A stretch of DNA of 64,000 bases from Syntrophaceae bacterium (GCA_018056765.1 JAGPFA010000011.1:6057-70056); one strand, 5' to 3'; numbered from the stretch's first letter, positions 27,953 through 40,009 are shown. A program made the numbers and translations. Notes: generated by a model from the letters alone, not told the origin.

Positions 27953-29239
27953 ATGGCCTACGAATTTTTCATCAGCAGACGATATATGAGGGCGAAACGA
28001 AAACAGGTTTTTGTTTCGATCATCACGTTCATCTCGATTTTCGGCATCTTTCTGGGCGTCGCCACGCTGATTATCGTCCTGGCCGTGATGAACGGCTTTG
28101 AACAGGATCTGCGCGATAAAATTCTGGGCATCCGCTCCCACATCGAAGTAACCGCCGGCCTCAAGGGACCAATGAAAGATTATCAGGCTCTGCGGGATCA
28201 AATTGACAAGACCCGGGGCGTTGTCGCCTCCACCCCCTTTATCTATACGGAAGCCATGATGCGCAATCAAAACGGTATCACCGGCGTGATCATCCGCGGC
28301 ATTGAAACAAAAAGCGCGCCCGGCGTGCTGAATCTGGGAAAAATCCGCGAGGGAGATATTGAATATGTCAATCAAATCCCCGCTGATGTGCAAAAGGAAC
28401 TGCCTGACGAGGATAAAGATCTTCAGGGTATTCTCATCGGCCGGGAAATGGCCCGGAACATGGGACTTTTTCTGTATGATCCGATCACCATCATCTCGCC
28501 GATGGGCGGTATCTCCACGCCGATGGGTATGGTCCCGCGCATGAAAAAATTTATTGTGACGGGCATTTTCGAATCAGGCTTTTACGAATATGACGCCAAA
28601 CTGGCCTTTTTGTCCATTAAAAGCTGCCAGGAATTTCTGGAAATGGGTGATACCGTCTCAGGCATCGATATCGTCGTCAAAGATATTTATCAGGCCGATG
28701 CCATCGGACGCGATCTCCAGAGTTCCCTGGGCTTTCCTTTTTTCGTGCAAAACTGGATGCAGATGAACAAAAACCTCTTTGCCGCCCTGAAACTGGAAAA
28801 ACGGGTCATGTTTATCATTCTTAGCCTGATTGTTTTAGTGGCAGCCTTCAACATCATCAGCGCCCTCATCATGATCGTCATGGAAAAAAACAAAGACATC
28901 GCCATACTCAAATCAATGGGCGCCACTTCAAAAGGCATCATGAAAATTTTTGTTTACCAGGGGCTGATCGTGGGAACGGTAGGGACTGTTTTCGGCACTA
29001 TCGCCGGTCTGGCCGTCGCTCTGAACCTCCAGAGCGTCTCCTCCTTCATTGAAAGAATCTTCAAGTTCAAAATCCTGCCCGGCGACGTGTATTACTTAAG
29101 TGAGCTGCCCTCAAAGGTCAATTACAGCGATGTGGTTGTTATCGCCGTCGGCACCATGCTCATCTGCCTCTTGTCCACCATCTACCCGGCGCTGAGGGCC
29201 TCGCGGCTGGATCCGGCCGAAGCGTTGCGATACGAATAA
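27953..29239 (+). CDS. lolC: Lipoprotein-releasing system permease (LolC/LolE family)
   Basis: 428 aa. FISRRYMRAK start, MacB-like periplasmic domain, FtsX-type C-terminal TM bundle ending RASRLDPAEALRYE. Confidence 0.85.
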   Translation: MAYEFFISRRYMRAKRKQVFVSIITFISIFGIFLGVATLIIVLAVMNGFEQDLRDKILGIRSHIEVTAGLKGPMKDYQALRDQIDKTRGVVASTPFIYTEAMMRNQNGITGVIIRGIETKSAPGVLNLGKIREGDIEYVNQIPADVQKELPDEDKDLQGILIGREMARNMGLFLYDPITIISPMGGISTPMGMVPRMKKFIVTGIFESGFYEYDAKLAFLSIKSCQEFLEMGDTVSGIDIVVKDIYQADAIGRDLQSSLGFPFFVQNWMQMNKNLFAALKLEKRVMFIILSLIVLVAAFNIISALIMIVMEKNKDIAILKSMGATSKGIMKIFVYQGLIVGTVGTVFGTIAGLAVALNLQSVSSFIERIFKFKILPGDVYYLSELPSKVNYSDVVVIAVGTMLICLLSTIYPALRASRLDPAEALRYE

Positions 29240-29250
29240 GAGATGACACA

Positions 29251-29925
29251 ATGATCATTTTGGAAAATTTATCCAAGACATTTATCAAGGACGGCAATCG
29301 GATAGAAGTCCTGCGCAACCTGAATCTGGAGATAAAAAAAGGCGAATCTCTGGCCGTCGTCGGTGTCTCCGGCGCAGGCAAAAGCACACTGATTCATATT
29401 CTCGGCACACTGGATCACCCGACATCCGGCACTCTTGCCATCAACGGACAAAATGTTTTTGAATGGAATGAAAAAAAGCTGGCCGCCTTCCGCAATAAGA
29501 TGATTGGCTTTGTTTTTCAGTTCAACAACCTGTTGCCGGAATTTTCCGCGCTGGAAAACACCATCATGCCGGCACTCATCAGCGGTCTAAAGAAGAAAGA
29601 GGCGGTGGATAAAGCGCGGCAGGTACTGGAGGAAGTCGGCCTGGAGCAAAGACTGAAACATAAGCCCGGAGAACTCTCCGGGGGAGAGCAGCAGCGTGTG
29701 GCCATCGCCCGCGCAATGATCATGGAACCGGAAATACTGCTGGCCGATGAGCCGACAGGAAACCTTGACACGGAAACAGGAAAAAGGATAGAAGACGTCC
29801 TGTTGAATTTAAATGCGAAAAAAAACATTACGCTGATCGTGGTGACACACAACAAAGCGCTGGCAGACAGAATGACCGGAAGGATCGGCCTGCGTGACGG
29901 GAAAATATATGAGAATCACAAGTAA
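29251..29925 (+). CDS. lolD: Lipoprotein-releasing system ATP-binding protein
   Basis: Walker [10 protein letters not shown], signature [14 protein letters not shown], Walker [12 protein letters not shown]. It follows lolC directly. Confidence 0.85.
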   Translation: MIILENLSKTFIKDGNRIEVLRNLNLEIKKGESLAVVGVSGAGKSTLIHILGTLDHPTSGTLAINGQNVFEWNEKKLAAFRNKMIGFVFQFNNLLPEFSALENTIMPALISGLKKKEAVDKARQVLEEVGLEQRLKHKPGELSGGEQQRVAIARAMIMEPEILLADEPTGNLDTETGKRIEDVLLNLNAKKNITLIVVTHNKALADRMTGRIGLRDGKIYENHK

Positions 29926-32602
29926 ACTCTTTTCTTTTCTTTTCCTTTTTATGCTGCTTTGTCCGTGCGCGTACGGGCAGACAAAAGAAGTGTGCCTCTT
30001 TCCTTTCGCCGTGCATGCCGAGCGCGATTCCGGGCAGCTTCAAACATCCCTCCATCAGCGTCTGCTGGCGCAGCTTGAGAAAGAAAAGAAAATCAGAACC
30101 GCACCACCGGACACAAAGCTGCAGCAGGCGGTTTCGCTCGGCACCGGTGACGCCGCCCGAGCCGGCAGACAGCTCGGGATTGATTACATCATCACCGGCA
30201 GCGTCACAAAGTTCGGCGATACTCTGAATGTCGATATGCGCATCATCGATACGGCTGCGCAAGCCACATTGCCCGTCATCTCAGTTCAGGGCGGGGAGTC
30301 AACCGGCCAGGAGGAGCTTGCCAGGCAGCTTGCCGCAGCTATCATGGGAGGCCTGGGGCTGGCGGATAAAATAATTCGTATCGATATCGCCGGCAACCGC
30401 AAGATCGGCGCGGACGCCATCAGACAGAAACTGATAAGCAGGCCGGGCGAAATGCTCAATGAAGAAGATGTCTCCGCCGATATTAAAGCGATTTTCAAAA
30501 TGGGCTTTTTCGCTGATGTCCAGGCCGAGGTCACAGCGGACGCCCAGGGGAAAATACTCACCTACACGGTAACGGAAAAGGGGCTCATCTCCGAAATAAG
30601 AATCCTCGGCAACAAGAAGCTGGACAAAGACGACATCACCGGCGTCATGTCGGTAAAGACACGCCAAAGCGTAAATCAGGATAAAATCAAGGAAGATATA
30701 CAAAAAATAAAAGGGCTTTACGAAACCAAAGGATATTACAACGCGGAAATCACCCATCGTCTGGAGCAGGACGGCCCCAAAGATTTTGTCGTGGTTCTGA
30801 ACATTAAAGAAAATGAGAGAGTTTATATCCGTTCAATCACTTTTGAAGGCAATGAGGCTTTCACCAACAAAGAACTGGTGAACATGATGTCCACCTCCGA
30901 GCGTACACTGCTCGGTTTTATCACGGATACGGGTATTTTGCAGCCGGCACAGCTCAAACAGGATATACAAAAACTCACTTCCTTTTATTTCAATAACGGT
31001 TTTGTCAACGCTCAGATCGGCGAACCGGTCATCGAACGGGACACCAAAGGCATCCACATTAAAATTGCAGTCAGGGAAGGCCGGCGCTTCAAGTTCGGCA
31101 AGGTCGAGATAACCGGAGATACCCTCGACAAACCGCTAAGTGAGCTGATGGCCGATTTAAAAACAAAGACAGGCAATTACTACAGCCGGGAAACTATCCT
31201 CAAAGACATGGAAGCCATCACCACTGCCGCCAACGACGAGGGATACGCTCAGGCGGATGTCACGCCCAACATTTCCTCTCATGAAAAAGAGCAAACGCTG
31301 GATGTCAATTTTCATCTGGAGAAAGGCAATCCTATTTATATTGCCAGGATCAGCATCAGCGGAAACACCATTACCCGTGACAAAGTGATCCGGCGCAGGC
31401 TGGCGCTGGCCGAAGGAGATCTCTATTCCTCCAGCAAACTCAAGGCCGGCTATGAAGGACTGAACTATCTGAACTACTTCGAAGAAGTGGACATCCAGAC
31501 GGAAAAGGGCCAGGGCGACACGATGGATCTCAATATCCGCGTGAAGGAAAAAAACACCGGCATGTTCATGATCGGCGCCGGCTACAGCGCCGTCGATCAG
31601 GCGGTAATCATGGCGCAGATTTCCCAGCAGAATTTCCTGGGCTACGGCCAGGAATTGAGCCTGAAGGCGTCTCTGGGATCAAAAACCAACAACTACGAGC
31701 TCTCCTTCACCGAGCCGTGGCTGTTTGACATGCCCCTGTGGTCCAAGGCGGATTTATGGAAATACGATAAGGAATACGATAACTACAAGCTCGATACGGC
31801 GGGCGGCGGCCTGATGATGGGACATCACCTGTTTGAACGGGTTTCCGGATACGTCGGTTACCGGCTGAGTGTTGATAAGATAAATGTCACCAATGAATAT
31901 AGGGTCTCGGAATATATCAGGCAGGAGCAGGGTCAGCGAGTCACCAGCTCGGTAACAGTGACGCTGTCGCGAGATACAACAAATGACATGATGTTTCCGT
32001 CCAAAGGATCGAAAGCCAGTGTTTCCGTTCAGCATGCCGGCATACCTTTCGGAGGAAACACCGAGTTCACCAGATACGGAGGTTCCGCGGCCTGGTATTA
32101 CGCCTTATATGGTGAAGTCGTCTTCGGCGTCAAAGGAAGGATCGGCTACCTGCAAAGCAACCACGGAAAATCCCTGCCTATTTATGAAAGGTACGTTTTG
32201 GGTGGAATAAACTCGCTGCGCGGTCTGCGCTACATCGGGCCCGAGGACGAGCTGGTGTTAAGAAGAAAATATTCAAATACAGGCGTCCCGGAAGGATACG
32301 AAGTTATCAAAAACCCGGTCGGCACCAGCGACGTCATGGGCGGCACTAGCATGCTGTCCGGATCTCTGGAAGTTGTTTTTCCCCTGATCAGGGAAGCGGG
32401 AATAAAAGGCGTCGTTTTTTATGATACAGGTAACACCTGGAACGGACATTACCGCCCGGACGATCTGAGGCACACCGTAGGAACGGGTGTCCGCTGGCAG
32501 TCACCGATCGGCCCGCTCAGACTGGAATACGGCTACGTTCTGGACCGCCGCGATAATGAAAAGGCCGGGCGATGGGAATTCACCATCGGCATGTTCATGT
32601 AG
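29909..32602 (+). CDS. bamA: Outer membrane protein assembly factor BamA with an extra N-terminal domain
   Basis: Signal peptide [23 protein letters not shown]. Repeated POTRA units follow ([11 protein letters not shown]..., [12 protein letters not shown]..., [12 protein letters not shown]..., FGKVEITGD..., [14 protein letters not shown]...), then an Omp85 barrel ending WEFTIGMFM. About 130 extra residues precede POTRA1. Confidence 0.9.
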   Translation: MRITSKLFSFLFLFMLLCPCAYGQTKEVCLFPFAVHAERDSGQLQTSLHQRLLAQLEKEKKIRTAPPDTKLQQAVSLGTGDAARAGRQLGIDYIITGSVTKFGDTLNVDMRIIDTAAQATLPVISVQGGESTGQEELARQLAAAIMGGLGLADKIIRIDIAGNRKIGADAIRQKLISRPGEMLNEEDVSADIKAIFKMGFFADVQAEVTADAQGKILTYTVTEKGLISEIRILGNKKLDKDDITGVMSVKTRQSVNQDKIKEDIQKIKGLYETKGYYNAEITHRLEQDGPKDFVVVLNIKENERVYIRSITFEGNEAFTNKELVNMMSTSERTLLGFITDTGILQPAQLKQDIQKLTSFYFNNGFVNAQIGEPVIERDTKGIHIKIAVREGRRFKFGKVEITGDTLDKPLSELMADLKTKTGNYYSRETILKDMEAITTAANDEGYAQADVTPNISSHEKEQTLDVNFHLEKGNPIYIARISISGNTITRDKVIRRRLALAEGDLYSSSKLKAGYEGLNYLNYFEEVDIQTEKGQGDTMDLNIRVKEKNTGMFMIGAGYSAVDQAVIMAQISQQNFLGYGQELSLKASLGSKTNNYELSFTEPWLFDMPLWSKADLWKYDKEYDNYKLDTAGGGLMMGHHLFERVSGYVGYRLSVDKINVTNEYRVSEYIRQEQGQRVTSSVTVTLSRDTTNDMMFPSKGSKASVSVQHAGIPFGGNTEFTRYGGSAAWYYALYGEVVFGVKGRIGYLQSNHGKSLPIYERYVLGGINSLRGLRYIGPEDELVLRRKYSNTGVPEGYEVIKNPVGTSDVMGGTSMLSGSLEVVFPLIREAGIKGVVFYDTGNTWNGHYRPDDLRHTVGTGVRWQSPIGPLRLEYGYVLDRRDNEKAGRWEFTIGMFM

Positions 32603-32653
32603 CGAACGGCTCGCATTGTACACACACAGAAATGATAAAGGGAGGAAAAAGAA

Positions 32654-33184
32654 ATGAGAAAAACTATTTACCTTTTTGCCGGACTGATGCTGTTTGTTTT
32701 CGGATGGGCCGGTGCGTCCTTTGGCGCCGATAAAATCGGTTTTTTTAATATGCATCAGGTCATCCAGGGTTCCAACGCAGGGAAAAAAGCCGCTGACGAA
32801 TTTAAGGCTTTTTATGATAAAAAGCAGGCAGCCATTAAAGCCATGGAAACCGAAATCACGAAAATGAAGGAGGAGCTGGAAAAACAGGGAGCCGTCATGA
32901 CGCCGGCCGCCCGCAGCGACAAGGAACTGGCCTATCAGAGAAAAATGCGCGACTACCAGATTCTCGTTGACGACACCAATAAAGAATACCAGAGGCGCGA
33001 CCAGGAGTACAGCGCAAAAATGATGCCGGAAATCCTGAAAGTTGTGCGCACTATCGGTGAAAAGGAAAAGTATTCGCTGATTATAGATTACAGCAGCGTT
33101 CCTCTGCCCTATCATGACAAGTCCGCTGATATCACCAACAAGATAATAGAGGAATACAATAAATCTGCGGCCGGCAAGAAATAA
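32654..33184 (+). CDS. skp: OmpH/Skp periplasmic chaperone
   Basis: 176 aa with a signal peptide and a Lys/Glu-rich coiled-coil body, in the conserved position between bamA and lpxD. Confidence 0.8.
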   Translation: MRKTIYLFAGLMLFVFGWAGASFGADKIGFFNMHQVIQGSNAGKKAADEFKAFYDKKQAAIKAMETEITKMKEELEKQGAVMTPAARSDKELAYQRKMRDYQILVDDTNKEYQRRDQEYSAKMMPEILKVVRTIGEKEKYSLIIDYSSVPLPYHDKSADITNKIIEEYNKSAAGKK

Positions 33185-33199
33185 GACAAACGGAAAAAG

Positions 33200-34249
33200 A
33201 TGGAAAAAAGCATCAGAGAAATAGCCGGCATCATCGGCGCGACGGTGATCGGAGACGAAACTGTTATCATCAGGGATTTGAAGCCTCTGGAAGAGGCAGG
33301 CGAGTATGATCTGACTTTCATTGCTCAGACCAAATTTTTAAAAATGCTCGCCGCCACCCGTGCCGCCGCGGTTATTGTCCCGCCGGGAACAGTGGAGCCT
33401 GGCAAAAACCTGATTATCGCCGACGACCCGTATCTGGCTTTCGGAAAACTGCTGGGCCTGTTCTACCCGGTTGATCACGGCCGGCCCGGCATCAGCCCGG
33501 ACGCTTATATAGAAGACGGAGCATCCGTTTCTCCTGAAGCCGTTGTCCACCCGCGCTCCTTCATCAGCCGCGGAGCCAGGATAGAAAGAGGTGCAGTTAT
33601 TTATCCGGGTGTGTTTATCGGCAAAGACGTTACCATCGGTGAAGATTCCATTCTTTACGCCAATGTCAGCGTTTATGCAGGCTCAATCATCGGCAGGCGT
33701 GTCATTTTACACTCCGGTGTCGTCATCGGCGCAGACGGGTTCGGTTTTGCCGCCCCCGGAGAGAAGAACGCCAAAATTCCGCAGGTCGGCATCGTACAGA
33801 TTGACGACGATGTCGAACTGGGGGCCAACACAACGGTGGACCGTGCCACCATGGGGAAAACGTGGGTTCAGCGCAATGTGAAAGTGGATAACCTCGTACA
33901 GATCGCCCATAATGTCGTCATCGGCGAAAAGTCGGCTATTGCCGCCCAGACGGGGATTTCCGGCTCCACCACAATCGGCAAAAGTGTGATGATCGGCGGG
34001 CAGGTGGGTATTGTCGGACACGTCACGATTGGTGACCGTGCCGCCATTGCCGCTTCATCCGGAATCAATAAGAATATTCCGGAAGGTTTCACCGGCGGCG
34101 GCATTCCGCCGCTGCCCTTTAAGGAATGGATGCGTGTGGAGGCGGCTAAAATCAGGCTGCCGGATATGCGTGTCAAACTGCTGCGCCTCATCAGGCAGGT
34201 GGAAGAACTCGAAAAAATAATAAACAAAACAGGAAAAGACGAAGTATGA
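33200..34249 (+). CDS. lpxD: UDP-3-O-acylglucosamine N-acyltransferase
   Basis: 349 aa with an LpxD N-terminal domain, hexapeptide repeats (left-handed beta-helix) and a C-terminal helix. It sits between skp and lpxA. Confidence 0.9.
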   Translation: MEKSIREIAGIIGATVIGDETVIIRDLKPLEEAGEYDLTFIAQTKFLKMLAATRAAAVIVPPGTVEPGKNLIIADDPYLAFGKLLGLFYPVDHGRPGISPDAYIEDGASVSPEAVVHPRSFISRGARIERGAVIYPGVFIGKDVTIGEDSILYANVSVYAGSIIGRRVILHSGVVIGADGFGFAAPGEKNAKIPQVGIVQIDDDVELGANTTVDRATMGKTWVQRNVKVDNLVQIAHNVVIGEKSAIAAQTGISGSTTIGKSVMIGGQVGIVGHVTIGDRAAIAASSGINKNIPEGFTGGGIPPLPFKEWMRVEAAKIRLPDMRVKLLRLIRQVEELEKIINKTGKDEV

Positions 34250-35019
34250 ATATTCATCCAACAGCCATTGTAGCACCGGAAGCCGAACTGGAAGAGGGAG
34301 TGGAAATAGGCCCCTACTCGATTATCGGACCCGATGTAAAAATCGGCAAAAACACGATCATCGGTCCACACACTGTTATTGACCGTTACACACAAATCGG
34401 CGAAGGCTGCCACATTTTGCAGTTCTGCTCACTGGGCGCCCCGCCCCAGGACATTAAATTCGCCGGCGAAAAAACGGGGCTGATTATCGGCAACTTCAAT
34501 ATGATCCGTGAATATGTAAGCATTCATCGCGGCACCACCGCCGACCAAGGCCTTACGATCATCGGCGACCGTAATATGATCATGGCTTATTGCCATATCG
34601 CACACAACTGCATTTTGGAAAACAATGTGATCATGGCCAACGCCTCCACGCTGGCCGGTCATGTTCATCTGGAAGACTTCGCGTTTGTCAGCGGGCTGTC
34701 CGGCATCCATCAATTCTGCCGTGTCGGCGCCCACGCGATGGTGGGTGGAGCATCAGCGGTTGTCAAAGACATACCTCCCTATACCGTCGCCAACGGTAAC
34801 CGGGCCTCTCTTTTCGGCCTCAATCTGATCGGCCTGCAGAGGCGGGGGTTCTCCGAAGCCACCATTGCCGCCCTCAAGCATGCCTACCGGATTATCTTCC
34901 GTTCTGATCTGCTTTTGGAAGAAGCGCTGGAAAAGGCGGCCACGGAAGTGGAGGATTGCCCGGAAGTGCGTCACTTTATCGAGTTTATTCAAAAATCGAA
35001 ACGAAGTATTTGCCGCTAG
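34246..35019 (+). CDS. lpxA: Acyl-ACP--UDP-N-acetylglucosamine O-acyltransferase
   Basis: [28 protein letters not shown] hexapeptide repeats, [10 protein letters not shown], and the C-terminal helical domain ([11 protein letters not shown]). Confidence 0.9.
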   Translation: MNIHPTAIVAPEAELEEGVEIGPYSIIGPDVKIGKNTIIGPHTVIDRYTQIGEGCHILQFCSLGAPPQDIKFAGEKTGLIIGNFNMIREYVSIHRGTTADQGLTIIGDRNMIMAYCHIAHNCILENNVIMANASTLAGHVHLEDFAFVSGLSGIHQFCRVGAHAMVGGASAVVKDIPPYTVANGNRASLFGLNLIGLQRRGFSEATIAALKHAYRIIFRSDLLLEEALEKAATEVEDCPEVRHFIEFIQKSKRSICR

Positions 35020-35033
35020 AGTGAAAAAAAAAG

Positions 35034-35987
35034 ATGAACAATACAAAACAAATTCGCGCAGGAGTGGTCGGTATCGGCCATCTGGGAAACTATCATCTGC
35101 AGAAGTACGCCAAAATCAGCGATTGTAAAATCACGGCTGTGGCCGACACCGAGCCGGACAGAGCCAGCCAGGCGGCCTCTCTATACAACTGCGAGGCATT
35201 TACCGATCACAAACAGATGCTGGGCAAAGTTGATGCGGTAAGCATCGCCGTCCCCACGGCCTGGCACCATCGGGTCGCACGCGATTTCCTGGCCGCGGGA
35301 ATAGACGTTCTGATTGAAAAACCGCTTTGCGCAACGCTTGAAGAGGCGGACGACCTGCTCGAGCTGGCGCGCAAAAACAAGGCAGTGTTTCAAGTCGGCT
35401 TCGTCGAGCGTTTCAATCCGGCCGTGATGGCGCTGGAAAAAATCATTACGCGCCCGGTCTTCATCGAAGTACACCGCCTGCATCCCTTTTTTGAGCGCGG
35501 TACGGATGTGGACGTGATTCTTGATCTGATGATTCATGACCTGGATCTGGTTTTAAAGTTTGTCCGCTCGCCGGTGACTAATCTCGAAGCGATCGGTGTG
35601 CCTGTGCTTTCCGGCAAAATAGATATTTCCAATGTCCGTCTGACCTTCGCCGACGGCTGCATCGCCAATCTTACGGCCAGCCGCATCAGCGCCAAAACGA
35701 TGCAGAAGCTTCGCTTCTTCGGACCGGAAGGTTATCACGCGGTGGACACACGTAAACGTGAAATAATCTCGTTTAAAAAAACAACCGGTCCCGACGGCAA
35801 GGGACAAATTGTACAAAACAGCATCGAAGTGGGAAGCCACGACCCGCTCGAGGAAGAAATCCGCTCTTTTATCAGCGCGGTGATGACACGCACAAGACCG
35901 GTCGTATCCGGTGAGGAGGGGCGCTCATCCTTGGCGCTTGCCGTGGAAATACTTCAAAAGATGAAAACAGAAAAGGACTTTCAATGA
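35034..35987 (+). CDS. Gfo/Idh/MocA-family NAD-dependent oxidoreductase, GnnA-like (UDP-GlcNAc 3-dehydrogenase candidate)
   Basis: Rossmann start [15 protein letters not shown] and EKP motif (LIEKPL). Its position between lpxA and lpxB, directly upstream of a DegT-type aminotransferase, matches the gnnA-gnnB arrangement. Confidence 0.6.
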   Translation: MNNTKQIRAGVVGIGHLGNYHLQKYAKISDCKITAVADTEPDRASQAASLYNCEAFTDHKQMLGKVDAVSIAVPTAWHHRVARDFLAAGIDVLIEKPLCATLEEADDLLELARKNKAVFQVGFVERFNPAVMALEKIITRPVFIEVHRLHPFFERGTDVDVILDLMIHDLDLVLKFVRSPVTNLEAIGVPVLSGKIDISNVRLTFADGCIANLTASRISAKTMQKLRFFGPEGYHAVDTRKREIISFKKTTGPDGKGQIVQNSIEVGSHDPLEEEIRSFISAVMTRTRPVVSGEEGRSSLALAVEILQKMKTEKDFQ

Positions 35988-37081
35988 TGATTCCAATGGT
36001 TGACTTAAAACGGCAGTACAGCCGGCTGAAAACACAAATCGACAAGGCACTCGGAAGTGTCCTGGAACAGACACAGTTTATTTTGGGACCAAACGTCGCC
36101 GCCCTGGAAAAAGAAGTCGCCGCCTATCACGGCCTTCCCTTCGCCATCGGCTGCGCCAACGGCACCGACGCTCTGCTGCTTGCCCTGCGCGCCTCCGGCG
36201 TAGTCGCGGGTGATGAAATTATCACCACACCTTTTACGTTTATCGCCACCGCCGAAGTGGCGGCGCAGTTGGGCGCCAAAGCCGTTTTCGTCGATATCTG
36301 TCCGGACAGTTTCAATATCGATCCGCAAAAAATTGCGGCTAAAATCACGCCAAAAACAAAGGCCATCATTCCGGTGCACCTGTTCGGTCACCCGGCAGAC
36401 ATGGAGCCGATCATGAAGATCGCCCGTGAACATAATTTAAAAGTGATCGAGGACTGCGCCCAGGCATTCGGAGCCCAATACCAGGGGAAAACGGTCGGGA
36501 CATTCGGCGACATCGGTTGTTTCAGCTTTTTCCCCAGTAAAAATCTGGGCTGTTACGGGGACGGAGGCATGGTCATTACCGCCGATGAGGAAATCGCCGC
36601 CAAAATAAAAATGCTGCGTAACCACGGCAGCGCCGTGCGTTATTATCATTCAGAGGTCGGCTACAACAGCAGACTCGATGAAATCCAGGCAGCCATTTTG
36701 CGCATCAAGCTGGCACAAATCGATAATTTCAATGAAGAGAGGCGGGCCAACGCCTCCGCCTATTGCCGTGTGCTGGCCGGACAGGACCTCGTGCTTCCCA
36801 CACAACGAGACGGCTGCCGGCACGTTTATCACCAGTTTACATTGCGCCTGAAAAACCGCCAGGCGGTTGCCGACGCTCTTGCCAAAGCCGGTATCGCCTC
36901 AGCCATTTACTATCCCGTCCCTCTGCATCAGCAGGAGGTGTTCCTGAAGATGTACGGCCCTCAGGAAAGTCTGCCCGTAACGGAAAACTGCTGTGCCGAG
37001 GTCCTGTCACTACCGATGTTTCCGGAGCTGACGCAGGAGGAAATAAGAAAAATCGCCGATGTGATAGTCCATGCCCTGTAA
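35984..37081 (+). CDS. DegT/DnrJ/EryC1/StrS-family PLP aminotransferase, GnnB-like
   Basis: [10 protein letters not shown] start, GCANGTDAL, and [16 protein letters not shown] (PLP-lysine context), 365 aa. The start overlaps the upstream stop. Confidence 0.6.
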   Translation: MMIPMVDLKRQYSRLKTQIDKALGSVLEQTQFILGPNVAALEKEVAAYHGLPFAIGCANGTDALLLALRASGVVAGDEIITTPFTFIATAEVAAQLGAKAVFVDICPDSFNIDPQKIAAKITPKTKAIIPVHLFGHPADMEPIMKIAREHNLKVIEDCAQAFGAQYQGKTVGTFGDIGCFSFFPSKNLGCYGDGGMVITADEEIAAKIKMLRNHGSAVRYYHSEVGYNSRLDEIQAAILRIKLAQIDNFNEERRANASAYCRVLAGQDLVLPTQRDGCRHVYHQFTLRLKNRQAVADALAKAGIASAIYYPVPLHQQEVFLKMYGPQESLPVTENCCAEVLSLPMFPELTQEEIRKIADVIVHAL

Positions 37082-38243
37082 AGAAACAGACACGCGAAAA
37101 AGCGACGGCTGCCCGACAAAGGTCATGATTGTCGCCGGCGAGGCCTCCGGCGATCTGCATGGATCGCTCCTGGTTCGCGAAATGCTGGGCATCAATCCGG
37201 GTCTGGAATTTCACGGTATCGGCGGGACGAAGATGAGACAAGCGGGTGTGCAGCTCCTGGCTGACGCAAAAGACATAGGAGTGGTCGGCGTCACGGAAGC
37301 GCTCGCCAAGCTGAGAATTTTTATCAAAATAATTTCCGGCATAAAAAAATCAATGGACCTTCTGAAACCGGCCCTGGTGATATTGATTGATTTTCCTGAT
37401 TTTAATCTGAACATCGTCGCTCCGGCGGCAAAGAAAAGAGGCATCCCGGTTTTCTACTACATCAGCCCCCAGGTCTGGGCCTGGCGTAAGGGACGGGTAA
37501 AACAAATCAAAAAATTGATAGACTCGATGGCGGTCATTCTTCCGTTTGAAGTTGATTTTTACGCAAGCTACGGATACACAGTACAATATGTCGGCCACCC
37601 GCTGGCGGATCAGGTCAAATCGTCATTCACACCTCAGGCAGCCCGGGGTGAGTTCGGTCTGGCCGAAGCGGCCCCGACCATCGGTCTCCTGCCGGGCAGC
37701 CGAAGCGCGGAAGTGAGCCGTCTTTTGCCGGAAATGATAAAAGCAGCCCGGATCATATCGGCACGGATGCCGGAGGCTCAATACATCATTCCTCTTGCCG
37801 ATACACTCAGGCAGGAAAGCGTCCGGGGTCTGATCGCCGGGGCCGGTATCGACGTAAAAATAGTTTCCGGGCGCATCTATGACGTTCTGGCGGCCTGTGA
37901 TCTGGCGATTGTTACTTCGGGCACGGCAACGCTCGAGGCGGGACTGATCGGCGTACCGATGGTCATCGTTTATAAAATGTCGGTTCTGTCGGCGCTGATC
38001 GGCAAGCTGATCATTAACCCTGAATTTATAGGACTGGTGAACATCATCGCCGGTAAGTCCGTCGCACCGGAACTCATCCAGCTCAACGCCACCGGTCGTC
38101 GTATTGCTTCCGAGGCCCTGGGAATCTTATTGGACAGCGACAGGAAACTCAAAATGATCCACGAACTCAAAAACATACGCGAAAAGCTGGGCGAGCCGGG
38201 AGCAGCCCGGAAAGCGGCACAAATCGCCTGCAACATGATATAG
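37071..38243 (+). CDS. lpxB: Lipid-A-disaccharide synthase
   Basis: [12 protein letters not shown] near the N-terminus, [14 protein letters not shown] and LPGSR motifs. The alternative start ATG 37125 ([10 protein letters not shown]) is equally plausible. Confidence 0.85.
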   Translation: MPCKETDTRKSDGCPTKVMIVAGEASGDLHGSLLVREMLGINPGLEFHGIGGTKMRQAGVQLLADAKDIGVVGVTEALAKLRIFIKIISGIKKSMDLLKPALVILIDFPDFNLNIVAPAAKKRGIPVFYYISPQVWAWRKGRVKQIKKLIDSMAVILPFEVDFYASYGYTVQYVGHPLADQVKSSFTPQAARGEFGLAEAAPTIGLLPGSRSAEVSRLLPEMIKAARIISARMPEAQYIIPLADTLRQESVRGLIAGAGIDVKIVSGRIYDVLAACDLAIVTSGTATLEAGLIGVPMVIVYKMSVLSALIGKLIINPEFIGLVNIIAGKSVAPELIQLNATGRRIASEALGILLDSDRKLKMIHELKNIREKLGEPGAARKAAQIACNMI

Positions 38244-38251
38244 GAACTGAC

Positions 38252-40009
38252 ATGCAAAGCTTCAAAAGACTGTTGTTGATGTCCAAAAAATATTACCTGC
38301 GTTTTTTGCTGGCCGTGCCTTGTATGATACTGGCCGGCATGCTGCAGTCGGCGCTGCCATTGATCGCCAAACCGATCATTGACGAAATATTCATCAACAG
38401 AGACCTCTCCACTCTGAAGTGGGTTCCCTTTATCATTATCTTTATTTTTCTTTTGAAGGGACTTGCCACATACGCGCAAAGTATTATCATGAGCTCCATC
38501 GGCCTGCGCATCGTCACTAATTTACGCAACGTTCTGTACGAGAAGATACAGCTGCAATCACTGTCTTTTTTTGCCGAGCATCCCACGGGCCTGCTGATGT
38601 CGCGCATCACCAATGATGTGATGTCCGTGCAAACCGCCTCTTCCGAGGCGATCACCTCTCTGGTCAGGGATACGGTCATGCTCGTTTCGCTGATTGCCGT
38701 GATTTTTTATACCGATTGGAAGCTGGCGCTTATCGCAATTGTGGTTCTTCCCGCTTCCGCCTACCCTATTTCCTGGTTCGGCCGGAAAATCCGCAAGGTC
38801 ACCACTTCTTTGCAGGTAACCATGGGGGCACTCAATTCGCTTCTGCAGGAAACGATTTCGGGAACACGCATCGTCAAAGCCTTTTGTATGGAGGACTATG
38901 AGTATAACCGCTTCGCCTCCGAAAATGAAAGAATCTACAAGCTCATCATGAAGGGCGTTTCCGTAAACGCAATTTCCAGCCCACTTATGGAACTGCTCGG
39001 CGGATTAGGGCTGGCCGCTGTCATCTTCTACGGCGGTTATAACGTCGTTCAGGGTCATTCAACACCCGGCACTTTTTTCGCCTTCATCGCCGCTTCACTC
39101 ATGCTGTATGAACCGATCAAGCGCCTGACCGGCGTCAACAATACAATCAACCAGGGCATTGCCGGTGCCGACCGTATTTTCACCATCATCGATCGGGTGC
39201 CGGATATCATGGACAAGCCCGGCGCCTATGAGCTGCCGAAAGTAACCAAGGGCATCGAAATCGAAAATGTCACTTTCAGTTATGAAACAGAGCCGGTGCT
39301 TAAAAACATAAACCTCTCCATCAAGGCGGGCGAAGTGATCGCGTTTGTCGGCATGAGCGGAGGGGGCAAGACATCGCTGGTCAACCTGATCCCCCGTTTC
39401 TACGACGTATCCCGTGGACGTATCCTCATCGACGGGCATGACATCCGCGATGTCACCGTGCGGTCGCTGCGTACCCAGATCGCCATGGTCACCCAGCAGA
39501 CCATTCTCTTTAATGACACGGTAAAAAACAATATCGCCTATGGTGACATCAAAAGGACGGACGAAGAAATAATCAGTGCGGCCAAAGCGGCCAATGCTCA
39601 CAAATTCATCATGAAGCTCTCCAAAGGTTATGACTCTAACATCGGCGAGCTCGGAACGAAACTCTCCGGCGGAGAAAAACAACGCATCTCTATTGCGCGT
39701 GCTCTGCTGAAGGACGCGCCTATTCTGATTCTCGATGAAGCAACCTCCTCGCTGGATACGGAAGCCGAAATAGAAGTTCAGGGTGCATTGGATAATCTCA
39801 TGAAAGGCAGGACAACGCTGGTCATCGCCCACCGCCTGTCCACAATCCGCAACGCCGATCGGATAATCGCCCTGGTGAACGGCGAAATCGTGGAAGAAGG
39901 AGACCATGACACGCTGATGGCCAAAAAGGGCGAGTATTACAGACTGCATAATCTGCAGTTTAAAGACGAAGGAAATGGCAATGATTCCCTGGCAAAGGAT
40001 CTGGAATGA
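38252..40009 (+). CDS. msbA: Lipid A export ABC transporter (fused permease/ATPase)
   Basis: 585 aa with a six-TM exporter domain, then Walker A GMSGGGKTS, signature LSGGEKQRISIARA and Walker B LILDEATS. It lies within the lpx cluster. Confidence 0.85.
   Translation: MQSFKRLLLMSKKYYLRFLLAVPCMILAGMLQSALPLIAKPIIDEIFINRDLSTLKWVPFIIIFIFLLKGLATYAQSIIMSSIGLRIVTNLRNVLYEKIQLQSLSFFAEHPTGLLMSRITNDVMSVQTASSEAITSLVRDTVMLVSLIAVIFYTDWKLALIAIVVLPASAYPISWFGRKIRKVTTSLQVTMGALNSLLQETISGTRIVKAFCMEDYEYNRFASENERIYKLIMKGVSVNAISSPLMELLGGLGLAAVIFYGGYNVVQGHSTPGTFFAFIAASLMLYEPIKRLTGVNNTINQGIAGADRIFTIIDRVPDIMDKPGAYELPKVTKGIEIENVTFSYETEPVLKNINLSIKAGEVIAFVGMSGGGKTSLVNLIPRFYDVSRGRILIDGHDIRDVTVRSLRTQIAMVTQQTILFNDTVKNNIAYGDIKRTDEEIISAAKAANAHKFIMKLSKGYDSNIGELGTKLSGGEKQRISIARALLKDAPILILDEATSSLDTEAEIEVQGALDNLMKGRTTLVIAHRLSTIRNADRIIALVNGEIVEEGDHDTLMAKKGEYYRLHNLQFKDEGNGNDSLAKDLE

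Noticed and set aside
39095-39949. 284-aa ORF antisense to msbA. Similar long antisense ORFs occur at 20141-21004 (opposite mlaE), 52001-52762 (opposite typA), 46890-47543 (opposite wzz) and 61304-62128 (opposite the histidine kinase).
   Set aside because: In each case the opposite strand encodes a protein with clear family motifs. The antisense frames lack start contexts and show shadow-ORF composition.
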